A stretch of 60,478 nt of DNA. Source: Chiloscyllium plagiosum (lineage: Eukaryota). The translations under genes were made by a program, and so were the position numbers. The stretch spans positions 71,257,003 to 71,317,480 of the forward strand of contig NC_057711.1 of NCBI RefSeq assembly GCF_004010195.1, in the 5' to 3' direction. Below the pieces are notes generated by a model, which saw only the letters and a list, made by a program, of their open reading frames with translations, was not told the origin of the DNA and ran no database searches. Positions 1-12,432 of this stretch are shown here, one piece after another (position 1 is the stretch's first letter; the number at the start of each line of letters is the position of its first letter).

Positions 1-1130
1 ATCCGACAAGGTTCCCCATGGGATACTGATTAGCAAGGTTAGATTTCACGGAATAAAGGGAGAACTAGCCATTTGGATACAGAACTGGCTCAAAGGTAGA
101 AGACAGAGGGTGGTGGTGGAGGGTTGTTTTTCAGACTGGAAAACTGGCCTGTGACCAGTGGAGTACCACAAGGATCGGTGCTGGTCCACTACCTTTTGTC
201 ATTTATATAAGTGATTGGATGTGAGCAAAAGAGGTACAGTTAGTAATGTTGCAGATGACACCAAAATTGGAGGTGTAGTGGACAGCGAAGAGGGTTACCT
301 CAGATTACAACAGGATCTGGACCAGATGGGCCAATGGCCTAAGAAGTAGCAGATGGAGTTTAATTCAGATAAATGTGAGGTGCTGCATTTTGGGAAAGCA
401 AATCTTAGCAGGACTTATACACTTATACACTCCCTAGGTAAGGTCCTAGGGAGTGCTGGTTCAGAGCTCCTTGAAAGTGGAGTCGCTGGTAGATAGGATA
501 GTAAAGAAGGCGTTTGGTATGCTTTCCTTTATTGGTCAGAGTATTGAGTACAGGAGTTGGGAGGTCATGTTGCAGCTGTACAGGACATTGGTTAGGCCAC
601 TGTTGGAATATTGTTTGCAATTCTGGTCTCCTTCCTATTGGAAAGATGTTGTGAAACTTGAAATAGTTCAGAAAAGATTTACAAGGATGTTGCCAGACTT
701 GGAGGATCTGAGCTACAGGGAGAGGCTGAACAGGCTGGGGCTGTTTTCCCTGGAGCGTCGGAGGCTGAGGGGTGACCTTAACAAGGTTTACAAAATTACA
801 AGGGACATAGATAGGGGTCGGGGAGTCCAGAACTAGAGGGCATAGGTTTCGGGTGAGAGGGAAAAGATATAAAAGAGACCAAAGGGCCAACTTTTTCACG
901 CAGAAGGTGGTACTTGTATGGAATGAGCTGCCAGAGGATGTGGTGGAGGCCAGTATAATTGCAACATTTAAGAGGCATTTGGATGGGTATATGAATAGGA
1001 AGGGTTTGGAGGGATATGGACCAGATGCTGGCAGGTGGGACTAGATTGGGTTGGGATATCTGGTCGGCATGGACGGATTGGACTGAAGGGTCTGTTTCCA
1101 TGCTGTACATCTCTATGACTCTATGACTCT
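1..1130 (+). mobile_element. CR1-clade LINE (family A), 3' part of ORF2 (RT and C-terminus) plus 3' tail, decayed
   Basis: RT motifs VPQGSVLGPL (~160-190) and ADDTK (~251). ORF 453-836 reads LYRTLVRPLLEYC...LERRRLRGDL and ORF 853-1044 reads FFTQKVVLVWNELP. Ends in (CTCTATGA)n. Small internal deletions and frameshifts. Confidence 0.95.
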
Positions 1131-1977
1131 CTAACTGTCTCAGTGAAACTGAGACTTTGCTATACATTGAATTTTGAAAACTGATAACTGCTTATAATGG
1201 CTTGCATTCAACATTTAAACATTCTCCTTAAGATTTGCTGTAAATTAACATTGCTTTTATTTTCTTAACAATATGTATCTTAAATATCTTCGAAAATCAC
1301 TGCAGAATAATGTTGCACTATTGAAAAGTAAGTATTTGATGCGATAGGCAGGAACAGAAGTAAAATGCTCCTGTTTGGAGTAATCCTCTAATAATAATGT
1401 TACATTTCCCACAGAGTTCACCATTCCTAAGGGACTCTCTGTAACCACCACTGAAAAATCACTGTCATTTAAACGTACGTGCTTAAATATTTTTAATGCC
1501 TTTTCCTATTGGTTCTATATGTATAAAATAGTTGAGTAAATTAAAACATCATTAATGAAAAATAACAAGATAAAATACATTTTCAAGATTATTTTGAGCT
1601 TAACCTTTCATAATTGGATTGTTTGCCTTATCCCATTATAACAGCAATATATGATAAAAAGTCCCATCAGACATCGACAGAGTGGTAAAATGCATGTGTG
1701 CTTTTAAAACTAATAAATATGCATGAAGTATTTCATGGTAACAGATATTTTATGATTTAACTGTTTCTGTTACTGTAAACTTCACCATATGGTGGTATTG
1801 ACAGCTATTGAGCCTGTCCTTGAGGTCATTTTAGCAACGGATGGCAGAGAAAAAAAATGTAATTACCAAATGGGACAAGTGGTTCCAAGTGGCTATTCTG
1901 GACGAGACTCACAGAACCTTGGTAGCACACAAAGTGTGCACGTAAGGATTAACATTTACATTTTAATTATCATTATT

Positions 1978-3420
1978 AGGGAAATAGACGGTGACATCTT
2001 GCAAAATGTCCAGATTACAGAGGAGGAAGTGCTGGATGTGTTGAAACGGTTAAAGGTGGATAAATCCCCAGGACCTGATCAGGTGTACCCGAGAACTCTG
2101 TGAGAAGCTAGAGAAGTGATTGCTGGGCATCTTGCTGAGATATTTGTATCATCGATAGTCACAGGTGAGGTGCTGGAAGACTGGAGGTTGGCAAACGTGG
2201 TGNNNNNNNNNNNNNNNNNNNNNNNNNNNNNNNNNNNNNNNNNNNNNNNNNNNNNNNNNNNNNNNNNNNNNNNNNNNNNNNNNNNNNNNNNNNNNNNNNN
2301 NNNNNNNNNNNNNNNNNNNNNNNNNNNNNNNNNNNNNNNNNNNNNNNNNNNNNNNNNNNNNNNNNNNNNNNNNNNNNNNNNNNNNNNNNNNNNNNNNNNN
2401 NNNNNNNNNNNNNNNNNNNNNNNNNNNNNNNNNNNNNNNNNNNNNNNNNNNNNNNNNNNNNNNNNNNNNNNNNNNNNNNNNNNNNNNNNNNNNNNNNNNN
2501 NNNNNNNNNNNNNNNNNNNNNNNNNNNNNNNNNNNNNNNNNNNNNNNNNNNNNNNNNNNNNNNNNNNNNNNNNNNNNNNNNNNNNNNNNNNNNNNNNNNN
2601 NNNNNNNNNNNNNNNNNNNNNNNNNNNNNNNNNNNNNNNNNNNNNNNNNNNNNNNNNNNNNNNNNNNNNNNNNNNNNNNNNNNNNNNNNNNNNNNNNNNN
2701 NNNNNNNNNNNNNNNNNNNNNNNNNNNNNNNNNNNNNNNNNNNNNNNNNNNNNNNNNNNNNNNNNNNNNNNNNNNNNNNNNNNNNNNNNNNNNNNNNNNN
2801 NNNNNNNNNNNNNNNNNNNNNNNNNNNNNNNNNNNNNNNNNNNNNNNNNNNNNNNNNNNNNNNNNNNNNNNNNNNNNNNNNNNNNNNNNNNNNNNNNNNN
2901 NNNNNNNNNNNNNNNNNNNNNNNNNNNNNNNNNNNNNNNNNNNNNNNNNNNNNNNNNNNNNNNNNNNNNNNNNNNNNNNNNNNNNNNNNNNNNNNNNNNN
3001 NNNNNNNNNNNNNNNNNNNNNNNNNNNNNNNNNNNNNNNNNNNNNNNNNNNNNNNNNNNNNNNNNNNNNNNNNNNNNNNNNNNNNNNNNNNNNNNNNNNN
3101 NNNNNNNNNNNNNNNAGTCCAGAACTAGTGGACATAGGTTTAGGGTGAGAGGGGAAAGGTATAAAAGAGACCTAAGGGGCAATTTTTTCACACAGAGGGC
3201 GATACGTGTATGGAATGAGCTGCCAGAGGAAGTGGTGGAGACTGGTACAATTGCAACATTTAAGAGACATTTGGATGGGTATATGATTAGGAAGGGTTTG
3301 GAGGGATATGGGCCGGGTGCTGGCAGGTGGGACTAGATTGGGTTGGGATATCTGGTTGGCATGGACGGGTTGGACCGAAGGGTCTGTTTCCGTGCTGTAC
3401 ATCTCTATGACTCTTTGACT
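1978..3420 (+). mobile_element. CR1 LINE (family A), 5'-truncated, spanning the assembly gap
   Basis: LKVDKSPGPDQVYPRTL...EDWRLANV lies before the gap. RDLRGNFFTQRAIRVWNELP and the same 3' tail as 1-1130 lie after it. Confidence 0.93.
2203..3115. other. Assembly gap (N run)
   Basis: Run of n. Confidence 1.
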
Positions 3421-3514
3421 CATAGGCTAGTGTCTTCAACCTTAACAACAAAAAAATCAATCAAAATGCAAATCTTCAGAGCTGTAATCGTTGACCAGAA
3501 ACTTAACTGAACTC

Positions 3515-4020
3515 ACCAAATAAACACAGTGGCTGCAAGAGCAGGTCAGAGGCTAGGAATACTGCATCAAAAAACACGCCTCCTGACTCCCCACAGTCTG
3601 TCTACCATCTACAAGGCACAAGCCAGGAAAGTGATAGAGTACTCCCCACTTGCCTGGAGATTGCAGCTCCAAAAACACTCAAGATGCTTGACCCCATCCA
3701 GGTCAAACCAGCTCGCTTGATTGGCATTACATCCACAAGTATCCATTCCCTCCACCACCAATGCTCAGTAGCAGCTGTGTGTGCCTTCTACAAGTCACAC
3801 TGCAGAATTTCACCAGAGATCCTCCGACAGCAGCTTCCAAACCCACCACCCCCTTCAATTTCCTCTTTCAAGCTACTCACCATCCTGACTTGGAAATACA
3901 TTTCGCGGGTGGACTGTAGTGGTCAAAGAAGGCAGCCCACTACCACCTCTCAAGGGCAACTCGGGATGGGCAATAAATGCTGGCCAGCCAGTGATGTCCA
4001 CATCTCACAAATGAATAAAC
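3515..4020 (+). mobile_element. LINE family B (CR1/L2-group non-LTR), 3' end
   Basis: AGQRLGIL...LSTIYKAQARKVIEYSPLAW...IHSLHH is a non-LTR ORF2 C-terminus. The tail CAAGGGCAACT.GGGATGGGCAATAAATG recurs in other copies in the window. Confidence 0.85.
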
Positions 4021-4199
4021 AAATGTTATTACTCAAGCATCAACAACAAGAATATGTTTATGAATTTTTAAGTGATGCCATTTTACTTACACTCATAAAT
4101 CCATGCCTATTAATGTCAATGAAGGAGGGCATTTGATTATCAGACACTTGCAAAAGTCTTTGATCATAATTACTGATTGAAGCATGCTTTCTCACAAGT

Positions 4200-4632
4200 A
4201 TGTTTGAAACTTGAAAGAGTTCAAAAAAGATTGACAAGGATGTTGCCAGGGTTGGAGGGAGAGGCTGAATAGGCTAGGGCTGTTTTCCCTCGAGCATCAG
4301 AGATAGGGTAAATAGATAAGGTATTTTTCCTGTGGTGGGTGAGTCCCAAACTAGAGGGCATAGGTTGAGAGGGGAAAAAATTAAAAGGGACCTGAGGGGC
4401 AATTTTTTTAAGCAGAGGGTGGTGCGTGTATGGAATGAGCTGCCAGAGGAAGTGGTGGAGATGGGTATAATTACAGCATTTAAAAAGCATCTGGATGGGT
4501 ATATGAATAGGAAGGGTTTAGAGGGATATGGGCCAAATGCTGAGAAATGGGATTCAATTAATTTAGGATAGCTGATCAGCATGGATGAGTTGGATCTGCT
4601 TCCGTGCTGTGTATCTCTATGATTCTGTGACT
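4200..4632 (+). mobile_element. CR1 LINE 3' fragment
   Basis: TRGHRLRGEKIKRDLRGNFFKQRVVRVWNELP followed by a CTCTATGA-type tail. Confidence 0.92.
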
Positions 4633-4719
4633 CTACATATAACATTTATAGAAGCTTAAAACAACAAAACAAACTATTCAAATAATATCAACTCCTGCCT
4701 TAAATGAAATGTTTTTACT

Positions 4720-5390
4720 TTAATGTGATTTCTCTTGCTGGATTTCTTTGGAGAGTTGTTCAATATCTGGACAGTATGCTGTCATTTCCATTTTCAAAGA
4801 ATCCTGCAAACTTTCATAGATCAATTGGTTTCTCAACGTGTGTTTTATAAAATTCATACTTGAAAGCACTTGCTCATGCTGGAGCTGAATTTATGTCCTT
4901 AAAGTGTCAGCTGCTGATATTTATGACCATTGTGGCCATAAGTTCTTCAGAGATAAAGACATTACTTCAATGGTTTGAATTATTTCACTTTTATTTTTTA
5001 AACTCACTGTGCACTGCACTGAAACTTTGATAGTGTCCCTTTACATATTCACATTGTGTGAACAGTTTTCCTCATTTCGCCAATGTCATGAGCTGCCACA
5101 GAATAAGAAGAAGTCAACTGATGATGTTCAAATTTTCTCTGTCTTGTTCTTCAGCTCTTCAGTTCTTTCTTTGGATATCTTCAGCTGGACAACCTCTCCA
5201 GCAAACACACTGTGCCTTTTAGTACAAAGTCTTTCCAGATTTGACTTATTTTTGGTGAATTTCTCATTGCAAATAAGATACAAGTGGATGCCTGTGAATT
5301 TAGGATGAATGGAAATGAAATCAGTACATTGTTTTGAAATTCTTAGTTCTCCTCTTCAAATTTTCTCTTCCTTTCAGAGGTTTTCAAGTT
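4720..5390 (-). mobile_element. hAT-superfamily DNA transposon relic (Charlie/Buster-type transposase pseudogene, internally deleted)
   Basis: Manual minus-strand translation through stops and frameshifts: RKRKFEEEN...LICNEKFTKNKSNLERL...KRHSVFA...KNKSEIIQTIEVMSLS...KDINSAPA, joined directly to EQVLSSMNFIK...ESLQDSLKMEMTAYCPDIEQLSKEIQQEKSH*. This corresponds to an N-terminal BED-like region plus the hAT dimerisation domain. Confidence 0.85.
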
Positions 5391-5643
5391 AGCTTGAGAA
5401 TAAGAGCCAGAATCTGTTGATTCTTTCAATGATTTATCTGCTAGTTAGTGTCTGACCAACAGCCTCGATACTAGGGCCAGAGTAAATGTGTCCTTTTATT
5501 GATTTGTGTGGCTCCCTGTACGCACTCAGCAGCGCAGCATCAAGGCCGTCAAGAATACCTCTGTCACAGTTGAATAGTCAGTGGTGTACATAATGCTTGC
5601 TGATCAATCAGTTTACAAATATGGCATCTCATCAGATTTTTAT

Positions 5644-5930
5644 TTCATGCACAGAATGTGAGCATTGTTGTCTCAGCCAACATTGATTTCTCAACCCTAA
5701 TTGCCCTTGAAATGGGGTAGTGAGCTGCCTTCTTGAACCACTATTGTCCATGAGAGATATGTACACTCACAGTGCTATTATGATGTGAGTTTGAGGATTC
5801 TGACCCCACAACAGTGAGGGAACAATGATATAGTTCTTAGGCAGGAAACTTACAGGCAGTGTGATGTTCTCATACATCTACTGTCCTTGTCTTTCTATGT
5901 GGTGGAGTTCACATGTTTCAATGATGCTGC
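5644..5930 (-). mobile_element. LINE family B 3' fragment
   Basis: CCCTAATTGCCCTTGA...GTGAGCTGCCTTCTTGAACC is the reverse complement of the tail at 3920-3990. Confidence 0.75.
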
Positions 5931-6445
5931 TATTTGTGAATGGGTTTATTTGAACAGAATAAACAAAACTAGAGTGAGTGTGATGGTTTGTTGATTATTG
6001 TCCTTGCTTGCAAGCAACCGAATGAATAGATCAATTAAATGGGGTAATAGCGCAAGGTTGACCTGGTGAAGTTTTCAAACCAAAAAATCTTTAGAGAGCT
6101 GATGATTTCTTTTCCTGCTGTTTCCATATTAGGAGCACATTGCAGGAACAATGTTCTGAAAATTCACTCAATCAGTGTTGAAAGGTATGTGTACTTGGCA
6201 GCTGCTTGGGAGCTGCAGATTAGACCATGGTGAGATGTAAGCTGCCAACCCTCATCACAGGCACTCACATTTGCTGAGAATGACATAATGGTAGTAATAA
6301 ACTCAAAACAAATCCAACCAATAGCCTACTCACAGCATAGAGGGATTTATTTTGCAAATCACCCTCCCACCCTCTAAAGGTGCACTAAACATGTAGTTAC
6401 CTGCCGAGGTTCACACATGGACATTTAGGTGAGGTATAGGTCATG

Positions 6446-6573
6446 GAGATCAACAAGTGTGGCACTGGAAAAGTCAACTCTCCTGCTCCTTGGATGCTGC
6501 CTGACCTGCTGTGCTTTTCCAGCACTACACTTTTTGACTCTGATCTCCAACATCTGCAGTCCTCACTTTCTCT
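6446..6573. mobile_element. Collapsed Penelope-terminus-derived inverted-repeat element
   Basis: GTGTGGCACTGGAAAAG is the inverse of CTTTTCCAGCACTACAC downstream. The GGATGCTGCCTGACCTGCTGTGC core matches the Penelope terminus at 12433-12500. Confidence 0.7.
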
Positions 6574-7354
6574 CAATAGGTAATGGGGATGCCAATACCA
6601 ATGGCCAACCTATTTATGCGCAAATGGAAACACTACAGATCAGGTTTTCCAGTGAGAGACAATCTCACGCAAAGTACCATTCTGGCCCTTTTTATGAATG
6701 AAGGGAGCTCCGCTTTTCTGAGATTCTGCTCCGGGCTCCCTCAGAAATGCAGAGACACACTGCCCTTCTGACAGTGTTTTGTAGCATTGAACTGTCAAAG
6801 GAAGGCAATCCACACCCACTTTTCACAGCTGTAACTAACATTGTTCTGAAAGATAGTTGCCTTGACAGTAGTAGTCAAGGAGTGAGTATGTAAGATAAGA
6901 TGATGTTAAGATGCTGGGTAGGTTGGTGCCAGATGGGTGGGGTGCCAGGTATCTAGGGTGTCAAGTGGATAGGGTGCCAAGGTGCTAGGTAAGAGGGCTA
7001 ACAGCTGGGAAGGGTGCCAGCTGCAGTGGGATATGGTGCAGGGATTCATCGTGGCTAGGGGACAGGTATGTGTTTAGGTTAGGTTGTAGTGAGCTGAAGA
7101 AATCAGGTCTTGGGGGTTTGAGTCCAGCAAGAAGGTGTACTTGGGGGAGGCGGGTGTGTGGTGTGCTTCAGATCCAATGGGCAAAGGGAAATGGATAGTT
7201 GAAGCGAGTGAGCAAGACTGGATAGTTGGATCTAGCAGTGATTCAGGGTCGGGTCAAATCCAACATGACTCCTCGAGAGTCGGTCCATCAGAGGACAGTG
7301 CTTAATTGAGAATCAAGGCAGAATATTGGAGGGTGTGTTAAATACTGAGTCAAC

Positions 7355-7940
7355 TGAGGTCCTAGAGGCTAGGAAATTGTCAGTTCCCTGGGCAGGAGAC
7401 TTTCTTGGAGTTCCACGTGGAGATGAATTGCTCAGCAGAAGATTCAATTTCCTGAACAATTCCTTTTAAGTGTGCCAGAATGGTGCACAACTCCGACCTG
7501 CGGTTGAATACCAACTCTCTGACCAGTAGAAAATCTGCCCTAAAGGACAGCTGGATTTTTGCTGTCATGATTTGATTCTGGTTCTGGGGGAGTAGAGGTG
7601 AGGGCATCAAGTCTGGAGGAGTGTGGACGAGTCAAAAGATCTCCTCGTAGGTATGCTCCAGGGTCTAGCCAAGTTGGCCTTTGACAAATCCAGGCAGTGG
7701 GCAGTGGAGCTGGTCTTAACTGCTGATTGCCTGCCCCTCTTCTGTGGCTACATTCATGCCTGGGTGTCCTTGGAGATGGAGCATGCGGTGTCCACCAGTA
7801 CTCTCATTGTCTTTCGAGAGAGTTGGGCACCATAGAGGGTCAAGTGCCTTATCTCCCCATCCAACTCCATTTTGATTTAGCCTCCTCCCACTCTCCCTGC
7901 CTCTCCCACACCTTTAGTGGTTTGCATTGCCTTTAATGGG
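7355..7940 (+). mobile_element. Tx1-type (L1 clade) LINE, ORF2 C-terminal relic
   Basis: ORF 7623-7835, DLLVGMLQGLAKLAFDKSRQWAVE...DCLPLFCGYIHAWVSLEMEHAVST...FRESWAP, resembles the Tx1-like ORF2 C-terminus. Confidence 0.75.
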
Positions 7941-8488
7941 TTTTACATGTAAATTATTCAACTGGAAACATTTACTGGTGGTGGTTAACAGATGGAAGCA
8001 CAAATATCACAGTAATTTGGTGATGACAAAACATAAATAGAATGGTGGGTGGTGTTAATAGGATTGAGGCTCAGTGTTCTGAGAATCAGTGTGGAGGTTG
8101 CCACATGAACCATCAGATGCTGGGATGTATAGTATGGAACTAGCTTTGGTGCTCATGGACTGGTAAGAAAAGTAAATGAAAAACAGCCCTCATCCCCTTC
8201 AACACCCACCCCCAACATACTCCTCATGCCCCACTTATGCCAAATTATGCTACCTCATGTCTCGTCCCATTCCCATGACCCCTCACATGAGCCATGCAAA
8301 CCAAAGCCCCTTTTGCCCTCCATATTAGCCTGCATCCATTTACCCACCACTTTGCAATTGCATGCTAACCCCTGCATCACTCATCTCCTATTGTCTTTGC
8401 ACCCTGCATACCAACTCAGCCAGGATCCATTATGGGCAGACTGTACCACCCCTGACTGAAATGAAACAAGATCAACTTCAAAATGTTT

Positions 8489-8818
8489 ATAGAGTCATAG
8501 AGATGTACAGTACGAAAATAGACCTTCAGTCCAACTCATCCCAACTCAATCTAGTCCCAATCTAGGCCCATATCCCTCCAAACCCTTCCTATTCATATAC
8601 CCATCCAGATGCCTTTTAAATGTTGCAATTGGACTAGCCTCCACCATTTCCTCTGGCAGCTCATTCCATACATATACCACCCTCTGCATGAAAAAGTTGC
8701 CTCATAGGTCTGTTTTATATCTTTCCCCTCTCACCCTATACCTATGCCCTCTAGTTCTGGAATCCCCCACCCCAGGGGATAGACTTTGTCTATTTATCCT
8801 ATCCATGCCCCTAATGAT
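8489..8818 (-). mobile_element. CR1 LINE (family A) 3' fragment
   Basis: Reverse complement of the 800-1130 region, beginning ATAGAGTCATAGAGATGTACAG. Confidence 0.92.
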
Positions 8819-8890
8819 GTATTATGCAGGCTTTATTGTCTTTTTAAAGAATCAACAGCCTCATTCAACATGGAACTCAATGTATGTGCA

Positions 8891-9262
8891 TGCACGATGC
8901 CTCAGCAATTGGCACTGCTGTCTCACTGCACCAGGGACCTGGGTTCGATTCCAGCCTTGGGTGACTGTGTGGAGTTTGTACATTCTCCCCTTGTCTGCAC
9001 GGGTTTCCTCTGCATGCTCTGGTTTCGTCCCATAGTCCAAAGATGTGCATATTAAGTGGATTGGCCATGGTGGATTGTCTGTGGTGTCCAGGGATGTGCT
9101 GGCTAGGTGCGTTGGCCATGGTAAAATGTATACTTACAGGGATAGGAAAAGGGTCTAGGTCGAGGTAGGGTGCTCTTCGGTGGGGTGGGGGGGGGTTCGG
9201 TGCGGACTCGATGGACTCAATATACTTCTTCCACATCACTGGGATTCTATGATTTCTATGAT
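8891..9262 (+). mobile_element. HE1-like tRNA-derived V-SINE
   Basis: B box GGGTTCGATTCC, V-domain TGTGTGGAGTTTG.ACATTCTCCCC, and a GATTCTATGA tail. Confidence 0.88.
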
Positions 9263-11097
9263 ACAACTAACTAATCCCATGTAAAATAGATATCTATATT
9301 TGTAGCCTTATTTCAAAGATCTTATAAGCACTTGGAGCTGTCCATCAATCTGTGAACTGACAGGCACCCACAGTGATAGTGAGAGGTTGTGGAATCAGTC
9401 ATACACTGCTAATCCTCAGACTTATGCCGCAGGACAGAATGAACTTTTTTAAACTGTATGTGCTTTAAAGAATTGGAGATTTAAATGCTTTGACAGCAGT
9501 CCATTCCAATGGGATTTAAATGGCTTGGCAACTTGACAGTTCCTGAGTTTATTTTTGTACACATTCATGTTGACATTTGATAATCCCAAATTGCTGTTCA
9601 CCACATCCAAAGGGATTCCTGAACTTGTCTGAAAGGGTGCCATACCTCTGTATAGGGGTATCTACCTTGCCAAAGAATGCCAGCAATTTTAAGTCTTTTC
9701 CTGAAAAGTCATGTTTCTCAAAGCTGGGTGATCACACTGGAGTGGAGGCAGCTGTACTTTAATATGTATTGCTCCCATGGTTGTGAAACCTGAAATCCTT
9801 TCCTGTTCTCTCCCACCACTTCGTTGAAAATAGTGTACGCAGATTCGGAGGTGGGATTCCAAAATCGGACTAAAGTCAGTGACCCTCTCTGTCCATGGGT
9901 AAATACAGGCCAAAGCCAGTTTGAATTTCCTTTAGCAAATTAAAGTTTATCGCTTCAATCCGTGCATAATTTCTTCCACTCTTGGAAGGCATGTGAATGG
10001 ACAAGCTTTGTTTGGTCTCACAATTTCCTGCATCATGGAAGAGAAAAGGATTGGTGGGGAGAAACTGAGAGATGCTCCAACCTTGCTGCATTAACGCTTT
10101 TAAAAAGGGAAAGAGGATGCCAAAGCAGGCATTGTTTCCTAACATTTTAATTCTGGTAGAGAACATTCTCCAAAAGAAATGCAAATCAGAAATTTGATCA
10201 TCTTTGAGTCATAATTTTCCAACTACACTGGTCAAAAAGTCAGAAAGAGCATAAACTCAAATATTTCATTTTTAAGACTCCCCACTGATTTTAACGATTG
10301 ATCCTATCACCCTCCCTTTAAATGTTTGCTTTTAAATTGACTGCACAAGTCATTCAAAGCACTCAAGGGCATGTCAGGTAATACTGATACTGGATAATTG
10401 AAGCAAATCTTTATGGTCCTTCAGCTGCAGACCAGTATGATTCTTAAATGAGGCAATGAACTAGTAATGCAAGAACTTGCCCTTTTCAAACAGTTTATTT
10501 GTATGGCTCAGGCATTGGCTCCCTCATTTTATGCCAGTGATGTAGTAGGAATTGTGGTGAAAGATATAGATTGCAATGACAGGGATTTTTAGATTCCTGA
10601 TCTGATTGAACACCATTAGAGAAGATTGGTGCACCATCCTAGTGAGTGGCAAAAGTGGGGCATCCCTTAAAAACTCAAACATATGCTATGGCCTGGACAT
10701 ACTAAGGTCTTTGAATAAAATTGCCTGCATTTGCCAACCTCCTTTTAATTGGGGTTAATACGCTTTAAAACGTTGATTTTAGAAAGGCTGACCCATTCCA
10801 TCAGAAGCTACATATCTGGAGAAGTTTGTGACCTCCAGGGTTACCCAGGGTATAATTTATATTTCAAAGACATTGTCTCCTCCTGACTCCACAATCTGTC
10901 ACAGGGTCATAAACTGAGGTCATGAGTGGGTGCATGCTATATTTACGGAACTTAAATTCCCTGACTGGGCGTGCCATATTCTTCCAGTTGATGGTGGTTA
11001 GAAGTGATCAAGACAGAAGCAGCAGTTATTTGAGCTCTGTCAGAAGTTTCACGCAATATTAGAGTCCTACAACAAAAATAGCAGTGACTGTGGCTAA

Positions 11098-11450
11098 GGG
11101 GGCGGCTCTGTGGTTAGCACAGCTGCCTCACAGTGCTGGGGACTTGTGTTTGATTCCACCCTCGGGTGACTGTTTATGTGGAACTTGCCCATTCTCCCCC
11201 TGTCTGTGTGGGTTTCTGCCAGGTGCTCCAGTTTCTTCCCACAGTACAAAGATGTACAGCGCAGGGTGGATTGGCCATGCTAAATTGCTCCATTGTGTCC
11301 AGGGATGTGCAAGCTTACGTGGGTTAGCCATGGGAAATGCAAGGATTACAAGAATAGGGTGGGGGATAGTCTGGATGGGATGCTCTGCGGAGGGTTGGTG
11401 TGAACTTGATGGGCTGAATATCCTGCTTCCACACTGTAGGGATTCAATGG
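11098..11450 (+). mobile_element. HE1-like V-SINE
   Basis: GTGGTTAGCAC..CTGCCTCACAG head, V-domain, and CR1-like tail CCACACTGTAGGGATTC. Confidence 0.88.
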
Positions 11451-12432
11451 TGAAAGGCTGATTTAATCATGTGCTTCCAGCAAGTATTACTGTTCATTTG
11501 AAATAGAGGCTGAGAAATTAGGGCTGCAGACCATGTTTTCCCACTCATTGAATTGCCTCTTCATTATCCTTTGGTACATATCATTAATCATTAGTCACTT
11601 TATATTATTAATTGAGTGCATTATAGAACACCTTATGAATATGCTTCTGTTAAATTATTTTGTTGTGGCTGAAGAAGCTGTGCATAATCAACATAACATG
11701 ATGTAACACATAAGACCACATATAATTAAACTGTTAAAATACTATTCCCATTGCTAGTTTTAACATCAAAGCAATTACATTTTGCCAAGTATTGGCAGTT
11801 TTCTCATTTCTATGAGATGCAACATTCTAAATAAAATCTAATTTAGTATTACAAAAAATTACCTGGCAAGAGAGAAAAGCAAAATGTGATTTATTAAAAC
11901 AGAAAAGTGGATCAGTCTCATCAGTTTTGTCTCTGTAGAATTTCACTGAGCCTAAACACCATTCAGTGCCAGGCACACTCTGTTATTCAAAAAGAGTTTA
12001 TTTATATGCCAGAAATAAGAGTACATAAAGTTCAACATGAAGCACTGCATCTGATTGCTCTCCGTAGTCCCTAATGTAGAACAATGATTAGCCACAGTAT
12101 GAGTGAGACTGCTTGCAGGCAAACATTAGCATTATAACAGTCCTTTTGTGTTCTTTCATTAAGGTCAATAGGTACATGAACATAAATTAGAATACTGGAC
12201 AGCAATTTTATTTAAGTAGATCACGTGTAGTCCTTCAGTTGGATCTACATTACAACTGTGCACTAATCTGGCATTAATGCAGGAAGTGTAGCTTTTAGAG
12301 TAACCCACAACCCTTCTGTAAAACATATGCATGCACAAAAACAAATCAATGCTTAGTGTGATTTGCTGAAATTATGTAATCTACAAATTGGGGCAATTTG
12401 AGTCAATACTTAATTTAACATTAAATAATTGG

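Noticed and set aside
2079-3336. Long ORFs of 313-406 aa in the track (also 13001-14044 and 13067-14008)
   Set aside because: Their length is an artefact of reading through N gaps; the real residues are CR1 or Penelope fragments.
7960-8170. Faint resemblance to a Harbinger Myb/SANT-like exon (also 38080-38820)
   Set aside because: Too degenerate to support by eye; it needs a profile search.
8891-8960. tRNA-like A/B boxes here and at 11098, 24420, 25476, 46680, 48240 and 49577
   Set aside because: These are SINE heads that continue into SINE bodies; there is no intact cloverleaf.
9368-9410. CACAGTG heptamer suggesting a V(D)J recombination signal; octamers elsewhere suggesting an Ig locus
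   Set aside because: No ACAAAAACC-like nonamer at 12 or 23 bp spacing, and no V, J or C exon anywhere in the window.
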